DNA of 64,000 nt from Azolla caroliniana. Taxonomy: Eukaryota; Plantae; Polypodiophyta. The position numbers and the translations under genes were made by a program. The notes below the pieces were generated by a model. The model saw only the letters and a program-made list of their open reading frames with translations. It was not told where the DNA came from and did no database searches. Of the stretch, positions 55,101 through 64,000 are shown piece by piece. Each line of letters begins with the position of its first letter. Positions within the stretch are counted from its first letter, which is position 1. The stretch spans positions 22,134,001 through 22,198,000 of the forward strand of contig JBHGNT010000006.1 in assembly GCA_043228905.1 (NCBI GenBank), in the 5' to 3' direction.

Positions 55101-58100
55101 GGCAACAAAGTCCTTAAGTGATCACACCATACATGACAAAACCTTCACCACTGATATGACTTAAACTTAATGGATCGGTTTATAGGGGTTTATCTGACCA
55201 TATGCTCCTCAACGTCTTGTAACAGAACAATATAAATCATTTGCATTAGCGTGTGATCAGGCTATCTGTTTGGAAGATAGTTTCTCTGCCCTCCACACTC
55301 CTCTTGCCACACGTACAAATCCAGGACAAAAGTTATTCTCACCACCTCCTCTGCATACGAGGGAGAAGACCTGAGAACCCAACAAGAGCCAAACAGAATA
55401 TTGCAATTGGCATCTAATTTATGAACAATCTATTTATGAAGAATGTTTATGGCATCTAATTTTGCAAGTTTATTTGATTTTGTTTTTTTGTCTATGGAGA
55501 ATGCTTATGGCATCTAAGTTTTCTAGTAAAGAAAGGAATGTATCTCTTACAGAAGATATGTTGTACGAAATATCTATTTATGGAGAATGTTTATGACATC
55601 TAATTTTGCAAGTTTGTTTTTGTTTTCTTATCAGCAACCAACTAATGGTGTTGCATTTGTGAAAGGGCAATCCCTTGCATATGTTCCTCGAAAAGGATTT
55701 CTAGGGAATGACAGCTTCTTATACAAGGCGTATGATGCTTATATTGATCCTTCATTTCCTAATTATGTGCACACAACCATTGGCATTGTCACAATATTTG
55801 TAGTGAAGCACCCACCAGAAATCATCTCACGTCCAAAAACTTTGGAAGTTTGCCAAGAACAAAGTTTAAATATTGGAAGGTATAATTTTCTCAATCTAAG
55901 ATTAGTCATCCTTATTAACTTCATGGACAAAGCGAAGTTCTGGTTTTCTTAAGTAGGGAATGTTTTGATAAAAAATTATTGAGTTTGATTATAGCTAACA
56001 GGATGAAGCTTGACCAATCAGCAATACATCATATAGGTAGGAAGCATTCTAGGTCTGAAGTTGAACATTAATTACCTAAGGCTTCAACTGTAGCCAACCA
56101 GATTGGCACCAACCATAACTCCAGACTTTCCTTGGTTTCATTGAGATATATAATCTGAAGCTCATTGTACTTATCACCCTCCCTATCACAGCCAGTCCTA
56201 GTAACTACCCTAATGATTGCTCTTGACTATCCATGCAGCTGAGCATAAAAATAAGGCACACTGAAATCAAAATCTCGTGCAACTTGTCTGAACACGAGGT
56301 GCTTACAAAAATACCTACCAGAGATTTGTGGCAAATTAGTGTTGTGCGCAGAAGAAGCTCACTCTAGCTCTATTTCTTAGCTGGTTGCGTTTTCTTTTTG
56401 AGATCATTTGAGCCAATACCAGTATGGCTTTCTTCACCAATGCCTATGGCAATGGCATCACAGTGTATATAACAGACACTTTGTGAAGATAAGTTCTATG
56501 GAAGTATAGTATTGAAGACCATGTCCTTCTCTTAGGGAGACGTCTGCAAGGTGTTCTGTGGAGAAACTAATGGGAAAGAATTATGTGAAGCCGTGATGAC
56601 CAGGGAAAACAAGAAGTAATATGTCTCTTCAAATGATCAATAAAGTCCTATATGCTATTTGCAGATCACATGCATCATTCTATTAAAAATTTTAAGCCTA
56701 CATTCCTATTTGATGAACTTCCACCGTTCTTCACGTAACCTTTCGGTTCTTGCATGATGTTTGCTTTTGATTGAGGATTTAGTGGATAAACATTAGCAGT
56801 TATTTCAGCCTGGAAATATCTCATATATCTTTGTTATGAACCAGGGGAGATAAAAAGTTCATGATCTACTATTCAAAAACATCAACTTCAGTTTCTTATG
56901 GACAAGTTTTTGCAAAGTATGGTCTTATTAGAACAATGGAGAATCTAGACCTCTCATGGAAACCATCAGATTCCTTATCGTATATACAAATTCATCATCC
57001 AATTTTGGATTCGAGGGATGTAGACCTGGAGGGCGTAGATGATACTATTAACTCAGCACTTCGCACACTGATCTATATCGGGTAACAGTCTTTTCCCATC
57101 GTTAAGTAGAAAAGTTTATATGCAAATAATGAGGACATGATTTATTTAATCATAGAACTGTTAGTTGATATTGTGTTGGTAGTATTTTTAAAAATTTTGG
57201 CAAAAAGAAAGAAAATGGGTAAGTTAAGCATCTCTAAACAACATCACGACCTATGAGGCCAAGTTATGATGTTAATGGTCACTGGTGTCCCATGAGTATG
57301 GATGAAGACTTGATTGTTGCTGCTGACTTTTATGCTTTGTCGTACTCACCTGGTTCTTGAAAAAGGCAATGACATCACAAATGTTACACAGTTGCATATA
57401 TAAACCAACTCTGAAGAGACTATTATTTGCTTGTGCTTTAAGACCATTATTACCAATGGGCTTTAAGGCCATTGAGCTGGTAATACAGGCAACCATTTAA
57501 AATGCATTTTGTATTATTCATAAATCCACAAATAAGACAAGATTTAAATTTACATTGCATATTCAGTGAATACTATCCTCATAGCTCTTACTCGCTGTTG
57601 GGTCTGGTTTTACGTCTTAACTTAGTGAACACATCAAAAGATCATTCAGGATCAACTATCCCACTATTCCTTATTCATTATTGAAGCTTGTCCTATGTCA
57701 TAACAGTGAACATGCACCATTCAGCATATCGTGGGAGATGTCTGGATATAGACAATTTGGTTGTGCAATATAAAGTCACATAGAAAACCATCTAGAGTTT
57801 GATTGACTCTGTCATTTGTATATCCAAACTGAAATGAGTTTCATTTTCCTTTTACCATAGTCAATATTTGTTTTTGAAATGAATTCGACATTATGATTTT
57901 CTTCATTGTTCTCCATCAGTTTATGATCTTTCTTGAAAGTTTTACATGCTTTAAAAGTGTCAATGTTCCAGTGCACCTGATTTCCATGGCCTTGATAAGA
58001 TAATCTTGTCAATAAAAGATGAAGCTGGTATCGGTGATGAAGCATCTGCCATAGTGAAGGTCAACCGAGTCAATAGTCCTCCATATGTCTTATCATATCC

Positions 58101-61100
58101 TTACATTCTCGTTGATGAACAGACAGGGCAGTTTTTAGCAGGAATCGACTATGATGGCAAGGAGACGTATAATAAATCCTTGATTATAATCATGGACAAT
58201 GATATCGAAGGTGAAGAATGGACATTTGTTGTATTGATGTAAATTAGAATTACATCTTAACAACATGAAAATACGTGATTCAATGCAAGTTTTGTTATTA
58301 AATGTATTTCAGTCTGACTCAGCCTTCAAAATCTTGGTAAAATGATCAAATTTTAATAACATTATACGGGAAACTTACTATGTACAGTGAAGACATTTAT
58401 CACTTTGAGTTGGATAAATCGTATATTTAAGTATATTTAAGTCTAACCGTAAAAGATTAAACTTAACCAAAAATATGTTAATATCTCTTAAGAGGGCAAA
58501 ATGGCCCATGACATGTAAACATCATGCTATTAATAACCATGTTTAGCAATGTGTTTAAGTTTAACAAAGGATATATTAACCTCTTAAGAGGATAAAGTGG
58601 CCCCTGACACTTGAAACATATGCTAAACATGGTTATTATACCAGATTTTGGCATGTTATGTCTCTACTCAACTGTACTCTCTTGTGAGCAGATGACGTAA
58701 CTGGAGTTGAAGTCTTAGTTAAAGTTGGTATTGGTAGCTTGACGATAACATTACCTGAGAACAGCACACAAAATACGGAAGTTATGCAAGAAGAAAGTTA
58801 TCATTGGAGTCCTCTACCTACTGCAATGATAGAGAATGGATTTTTCAGTGTCGAAGCAAGAAGTATAAAGTTTCGAGCAACCTTGAAAGAATGTAATGAA
58901 GCATTGACAACACTACAATATAATGTGAGTTTCTAGCTTGGATATATTGAAGAGAAGAATTAGAAAGTATTCAGAATCATGTAATAATGCTTATATAGCT
59001 TCTGTATTTTGTAAATGTAAAGAAGTAGATAATTAACTGTGGGTTAGTTAATATCTAATTTTGTAAATAGTTAACCACGTGTGTGATCAAGTAGCAGAAG
59101 TTAATGTGTATGTATGTGTAGGAGAGGATTTAGGTTTACACTTAATGAACAGTTAATGGGGGAGCAACTTAGAAGTCAACTTAAAAAATGACCTGAGCAA
59201 CAACACTTTGTATTAATTAGCATCAAGTTACAAAAGAGCCCACAGTGCGGTATATATACATCTTGTGTGCAAGAGTGCATACATAGTGAGAGGGAGTATT
59301 CCCTAAGTACAAAATCCCATGTAAGGGTGTGAAGTCAACTTAGAAGTAGTGGGGGTATCTAGAGTAACTCCTATTTAAGACTTCGCTCTAACTACTAAGT
59401 TACATGACAAACTAAACGTTTACATATAGTTGACCTGGTTCAGCTTGACTATCTCAACAGTAAATAATTCAAGGGCTTCTGTATTCTATAAATAATTTAA
59501 AAGATTCTGTATTCAGTCAATAATTTAAGCAATCATGTGATTTCGTGCGGTGAACATTTTGTAGGGAATGTTTGATGATGTGTCATTCACAATTACAATT
59601 AATGACTTAGGGAATTATGGCATGGACAAGAATTGCTCTAGTAAAAATCCATATCCTCTATCAGTTGAAAAAGACCTTACATTGGTGTTCAGGTCTCCAA
59701 GATTATCACAAAGTGAGTTCTCATTATGGAATATATCGTAAATGTCATGAATTCATTGTGTTATTTGAATGTGTTAGCTCCAAATATGCTCATTTATTAT
59801 AATCACAACATCTTCATTTATGGCCAAGATGAAATAGAAAATTTTGTGATAATATTCTATAATCTCCTATGAAAAATCTGCAGGCTACTGGAAAAAGACT
59901 ATACTTCGTACAAAAGTAGTGATAATTTTTTCAGGGATCGTGACATTTTCTTTTATGGGAGTGATGATATTCCTGTTATGTTCCTTAACTACTCATGGAA
60001 AAAAATCCGTGCAAAAAATTAAAGCTTACCTGATAGAGGAGAGTGAGATGGACAGTTCATGTGTGAGTTCTTGTTCTATGCTATATATTGTTGTCATCAT
60101 GGATAGTTTGTGTATGAGTATTAAAAAGTAGTGTTTCTCTAACAGTACTTGATTTTGATGTAGGTTTATAATCCCATGTGGATCCCTTCGGCACCATCTA
60201 GTCCCAAGCAAGATTTTTCAATCACTTCTAATCCTCATCATGTCCAACTACAGAAACATATATTAAATGAAGGGTGAGTTAGTATTGAACATCTTATTTG
60301 TCATGCTTTCTTAATCTTGTACAGCATATGATTTAAATCTGTCACGCTCTTGTGAGCAAGATACAAGCATCTTTTTGTGCAAATAATTCACATGATAGAA
60401 GTAATTATTTCTTTCTTTATGATCTAAATTTGATTGGAAAGTGGGATATGCATGTCTCTTGTTGGAAGTGCGTGGGAACCGAAAACTCTTTTTTGATGGA
60501 CTGCGAAGACTACCAAAGATTTATTGGTTTAAGATAAATAAAAGGGCCAAGTGAAATTTTAGTCCAAGCCAAAAGTCCGACCTATTTCTGGCATCCTATG
60601 GATATAACCTGACCTATTTACTGTGGTAATTACTGATCCACTGGTATTCCACTTTCCTTTAGACTATACAATTGAATGTCCTTGATGGTGCCATGATCAT
60701 CAAGGAATAATATTTGGCATCAAGTCAATTTATTATCTATTTTACAGCAAACTCGACCAATCAGGCATCAGAACTGAGCTGTAGGTTTTACAATGCCATC
60801 AATGGAGGGAAAGGATCCAAATTTCCATTTCTGGCCCAAACTTGCACTTCATTTAGACATTATGAATCATATTTCATCAATGGATTATGAATGCTGTTAT
60901 AGCCTTGATCGTTTGTTGCAGAGTGGCAGAAAATGTTTCCCTACAGCTGGAAAGATTGTTTTGCTAAAATGTTTAAAAGTGTTGATTTTATTAATAAAGC
61001 ACTTTAAAAGTTGGGCTGCAAGACGGTTTTCAAATTTTTGTGCCAAAACCCAATCAGACCAAAAGTTTAAGCTTTTCTTCTGTGCAAAAACCATTCTATA

Positions 61101-61402
61101 TTATGTATGAATCTTTAAATTAGCTGAGCCATCAGGAATTATGATCATCCTATTTTACATCCCTTCATTGGTTGATTAGTTGATTGTGTGGACATATGAT
61201 ACTTTGTATATTTTTTTCTACTCAAAATCTTTTTCTGTGTAGATTATCTCAAGCAAGTGAACAGATGAAGACACTGCTTGCATCTCAAATAAAAAAGAAC
61301 TTGACTTCTATCAAGAGCATTAAAGGTTTGTCATTCAAAGCAAGAAACAGAAAGGCCAAGGAATTGCAACCCCCTTTTTTCAAGGATCTTCAAGAAACAT
61401 GA
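34174..61402 (+). CDS. GEX2: GEX2-like (GAMETE EXPRESSED 2) type I membrane protein with an expanded Ig/filamin-repeat ectodomain, about 1600 aa
   Basis: Exons 34174-34252 (signal peptide), 35238-35654, 43241-43576, 43700-44026, 45117-45449, 46412-46741, 46859-47206, 47883-48215, 49479-49799, 53081-53398, 53480-53604, 55635-55879, 56845-57081, 57972-58210, 58692-58924, 59565-59712, 59884-60062 (TM), 60164-60273, optional 60748-60780, and 61243-61402 join in frame through GT-AG sites. GEX2-like motifs: W..G.N.F.AG..L.D.YGN repeats, filamin GLGL.PSVVG...F.IQL.D, WENTT..NVLDNDYF, YVP..GFLGNDSFLY, INSALRTLIYIG, VNSPP, WSPLPT..FRATLKECN, INDLGNYG..C...PL. One TM segment: VVIIFSGIVTFSFMGVMIFLLC. 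The cytoplasmic exons are less certain. Confidence 0.82.
37318..38140 (-). mobile_element. Old 3' fragment of an RTE-like LINE family, split by a solo LTR
   Basis: Degenerate reverse complement of the 3' end seen at 39340-39740 (..IDRAIAMCHA.., ggcc hairpin region). Confidence 0.6.
37375..37922 (-). mobile_element. Solo LTR (Copia-type), itself carrying a short LINE 3' end at about 37524-37601
   Basis: TGTAAAGAA...TTCTCAACA with 5-bp TSD AGATT on both sides; ends resemble those of the solo LTR at 59016-59459. Confidence 0.8.
38890..39741 (+). mobile_element. 5'-truncated RTE-like LINE: C-terminal ORF region, 3'UTR and (CTTT)n tail
   Basis: QLRTSLHQLEIEVGRY..LEERICQLCH zinc-finger-like motif; 3' end ..ataggccattttggcctcttaaaagacgttaatatatctttctttctttc. 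Confidence 0.8.
39860..40830 (-). mobile_element. Degenerate LINE RT fragments with a local duplication (40420-40620 resembles 40680-40800)
   Basis: RSKASVPHDIIW and GDIIVLGDFN (endonuclease-like) remnants; similar to 51571-52230. Confidence 0.55.
40947..42275 (-). mobile_element. RTE-like non-LTR retrotransposon RT and C-terminal region (5' truncated) in GEX2 intron 2
   Basis: GVKQGCPLSPTLF, LLYADD, GLAVNVEKTKMM, FKYLG, LLYG..VWG and RTRSHKLGIE..CKVC..DDEC motifs. Confidence 0.88.
44093..44270 (+). mobile_element. Short 3' end copy of the RTE-like LINE with (CTTT)n tail
   Basis: Matches 39560-39741, including the aggccattttggcct hairpin. Confidence 0.8.
44772..45077 (+). mobile_element. 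3' end copy of the RTE-like LINE, ending about 40 bp before a GEX2 exon acceptor
   Basis: Matches 39420-39741. Confidence 0.8.
48616..48740. repeat. About 60-bp tandem duplication (intronic)
   Basis: aaaggaatcctgtggtgacagtagagatatct..gacagtg occurs twice with divergence. Confidence 0.6.
50039..50206. repeat. About 87-bp tandem duplication (intronic)
   Basis: agatgcttc...gagtggg.acacctttgttgttcacactatggtcagtcaatatgc occurs twice. Confidence 0.75.
51030..52900 (-). mobile_element. Degenerate RTE-like LINE (RT plus C-terminus), same family as 38890-39741
   Basis: FQKSFDTV, VKQGCRLSLTLF, ILLYAYDIV, NMNKTK, LLYGVETWG and QLQTSSHPLEIEMGRYARIPLEERICQLC motifs, with frameshifts. Confidence 0.85.
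54230..55375 (+). mobile_element. Ty3/Gypsy gag remnant with LTR-like upstream sequence
   Basis: FRLMLGEKARRWFRTL resembles a retrotransposon gag motif; later DRFIGV/gly and A..LED patterns; decayed. Confidence 0.5.
59016..59459 (-). mobile_element. Solo LTR, 444 bp, in a GEX2 intron
   Basis: TGTAAAGAAG...ATCTCAACA with 5-bp TSD GTAAA on both sides. Confidence 0.85.
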
Positions 61403-61452
61403 TTACTGACGAGATATTTTCAAGAGTATCAGGAAATCCCAAATTTGGGATA

Positions 61453-61899
61453 CCATCAAGAGCACCAGATGATCATTGCATAGGCAAAGTAGGTCAGAAA
61501 AAAGGAAGATTAGGTGCAATTTGAAAACTGTCCAATGTGCACATTCCCTCTTCTAACTGCAGAATGAGAGCTCGGTTTCTCAACTTTTACTTCAGATAAG
61601 CCGAAAGATAATATCCATCCGTTGAGACGGCTGGTTGACAAAATCATAAATTGAAATATAAAAGATTGCAGATCCATCAAGAGCACCAGATGATCATCGC
61701 ATAGGCAAAGTAGGTCAGAAAAAAGGAAGATTAGGTGCAATTTGAAAACTGTCCAATGTGCACATTCCCTCTTCTAACTGCAGAATGAGAGCTCGGTTTC
61801 TCAACTTTGACTTCAGATAAGCAGAAAGATAATATCCATCCATTGAGACGGCTGGTTGGCAAAATCATAAATTGAAATATAAAAGCCTGCAGATCCATC
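61453..61899. repeat. 221-bp tandem duplication just downstream of the GEX2-like stop codon
   Basis: Units start at 61453 and 61674 (ccatcaagagcaccagatgatc...) with few mismatches. Confidence 0.92.
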
Positions 61900-62263
61900 T
61901 ACATACAATGGTGACTTGAATTGCTTCTCAAATTTTTCTTTGGCAGTGTTCAGGTCAAATGGTGATTCGCATACCTTTACCATATAATAACCAGTCATCC
62001 TGGAAAGAGCAGCATTGTAAATGCATCTCTAGATGGCTTTTGTCATATCCAAGTACTTATTCAGAGCAAGATTTGAATTCGTACAGGAGCTGTTGTATCC
62101 AAGTACTTATCCAGAATAAGTGTTCAATCTTGCAACATGATGAAAACAAAATTGATAATGTCTGAATTGATGTGAAAATAGTTCTAAATTTCAACACAAT
62201 TTGCTTTTCACTTACAATCAAATCGCCTCACCTCATTTGGCAGTGGTGCTGTGCTTTCTTCCA

Positions 62264-62540
62264 AGCATTGAAGAACTCATGAGTCTGTCTTTATCATATC
62301 AGAGTTTTCTGCTAATTGAGTCTTGTCTACCAATCAAATGAGTTAATATCTTTGACGAAACCCATGTTTCCCTTTTGAGATGGATTGCTGATTTGTACCA
62401 ACAAAAGTTGGTCTCGAAAACTTACCAGCATTGAAGAAGACCTCTTGAGTCTGTCTACCAATCAGATGAGTTATATTTTGACAAAATACATGGAATTGAC
62501 TTTTGAGATGTGAATTGCTGATTTGTAGGCAACAGAAGTA
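62264..62540. repeat. Imperfect ~160-bp duplication between the convergent GEX2-like and AAE19-like 3' ends
   Basis: agcattgaagaa..gagtctgtct..ccaatca.atgagtta..ttttgagatg..attgctgatttgta occurs twice. Confidence 0.6.
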
Positions 62541-62900
62541 GGTTCAGATGTGAATATTGCAATGCTGCCCATGGTTTACCATCTCAAACAGGTGGACATG
62601 TGGTTCACATATTCCCCTGTATTCAATCATCCTTGATGATAGCTCATGTTCGCCCAATCTCACAGTCCCCTGTACCCTACCCAATTGTCCTATCAATGGT
62701 AGTGGTACAAAATGCAAGTCACCAATTACCCTGCCAAACCTCCACCAGATGCTGAGATTGCTAGCAATCTGGATCTATGTCATTAATCAATCGAAGGAAG
62801 TGGCCTTGTTTGATAATACCTCTCCCGTCTCCACCAGAACTGGACTATATAATTTGCTCAGAGAAAATGATGCAGATGATAATTATTTATATTCTGTGCA

Positions 62901-64000
62901 TTATATCCCCAATTCAGGAACCTGGAGACAATAAAGATTGTTATCTCTACACCCTATGAAAATCCTGCCATCTAGCATCACTGGTGAAGAAAACACATCC
63001 CCTGGCAATCTTAAAGCAGCAACATGTTCACAAGCCTTAAATTTCATATCTACATTGATTTCAGTTGAAGGCACAACGATTTTTTGGAAATTTGCTTCAT
63101 CCACTGCCTTGTGCTCCTCAACAGAGTGAGTCCTTAGACCTCCATAAACTTTCAGTACATGCATTTGTCCCAATGAGCCACAAACAACAACTAATCGAAA
63201 GCTATGGACAACACAGCCATTGTGTTCTGTTAAAGTTAAGTCAAGGCCCTCATCTACGAAGGCTGCAGATGTGATAGGCTCACCTACATGATGTTTCCAT
63301 AAGCATGTACCACTAGATACATTTAGAGAGTAAACCCAACCATCCCTACAGCAGACTAAAACTTGTGATGGTAGAGCTGACGAGATACATGCCCCAGCAA
63401 AGATTGGTCCCAACGTCTTATATTGCCACGCAAGCAAACCAGTTGGTGTTAAAGCCACCACAAAACCATTCACCAAAGTACATATGACATATCCAAGATC
63501 AGTATCAATAATAGGTGACCCAAATATAGGAGCACCACTTTGATATGTCCAACAGATGTGTGGAGAATTCAGTTCAGATGTTATTGCAATAACAGATCCT
63601 CCTGTTGTTGCAATATATGCTAACCTTCTACTTGAGTCATGAACTGGAGCTGCAAATATACTTTCCTTGCAGTCATGCTCCCATACACGAGACTGGTTTA
63701 CCGCATCGAGTATGTAGACCTTGTGATCATGAGAGCCGCACCAAATAAGACCTTTCAGAATGTCCATAGTCGGCTGGCACTTTACCTCAGCGTTGGTTTG
63801 GAATTTCCACCTCAGCATCCCATTTTCACAGTCAAAGAAATATAGAAAACCATCATAGCAACCCACCATTACTTGGGTTAAATCCAATGTAATGCCAGCA
63901 GACGACTCTACTCTCCCTCCTAATACACTTTCCCAAATCAATGAACCACTGCAAGCATCAATGCATACAAAATTATGTGCATGTGAACCAATGAACAAGT
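62901..64000 (-). CDS. AAE19: C-terminal PQQ-like beta-propeller of an acyl-activating enzyme 19 / AASDH (ACSF4)-like NRPS-type protein; 5' part lies outside the window
   Basis: Uninterrupted frame of 365+ aa with FIGSH, GRVESSA, VGCYDG, EVKCQP, IWCGSHDH, APIFGSP, GPIFAG, PSQVLVCCRDG and GDVFSSPVM..GRIFIGCRDN; resembles the plant AAE19 C-terminus as recalled. Confidence 0.85.
   Translation of the reverse strand, partial: LFIGSHAHNFVCIDACSGSLIWESVLGGRVESSAGITLDLTQVMVGCYDGFLYFFDCENGMLRWKFQTNAEVKCQPTMDILKGLIWCGSHDHKVYILDAVNQSRVWEHDCKESIFAAPVHDSSRRLAYIATTGGSVIAITSELNSPHICWTYQSGAPIFGSPIIDTDLGYVICTLVNGFVVALTPTGLLAWQYKTLGPIFAGACISSALPSQVLVCCRDGWVYSLNVSSGTCLWKHHVGEPITSAAFVDEGLDLTLTEHNGCVVHSFRLVVVCGSLGQMHVLKVYGGLRTHSVEEHKAVDEANFQKIVVPSTEINVDMKFKACEHVAALRLPGDVFSSPVMLDGRIFIGCRDNNLYCLQVPELGI

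Overview
Eukaryotic plant nuclear DNA (AT-rich, GT-AG introns, TE-dense). A kinesin-9 gene suggests a lineage with flagellated sperm, probably a fern or other seed-free plant (inference). Four genes were reconstructed by hand from splice sites. (1) TIC55 Rieske oxygenase (-, 3 exons, 1130-5206). (2) A kinesin-9 (KIF6/KIF9/KLP1-like) motor (+, 17 coding exons, 17371-30563) with a young full-length Ty1/Copia element (19075-24358) in one intron. (3) A very large GEX2-like gamete-adhesion gene (+, about 20 exons, 34174-61402, about 1600 aa) with an expanded array of Ig/filamin modules, each on its own phase-1 exon. (4) The 3' end of an AAE19/AASDH-like gene (-, 62901 to window end). Intergenic and intronic space holds Copia remnants, solo LTRs with TSDs, L1-like and RTE-like LINE remnants, two non-autonomous hAT-type elements, and many local duplications, including a tandem duplication whose junction filler matches a TIC55 intron segment. 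No rRNA, tRNA or CRISPR was seen. All family assignments come from recalled motifs, not database searches. I found no clearly novel multi-gene system; the best candidates are the expanded GEX2 and its pairing with kinesin-9.
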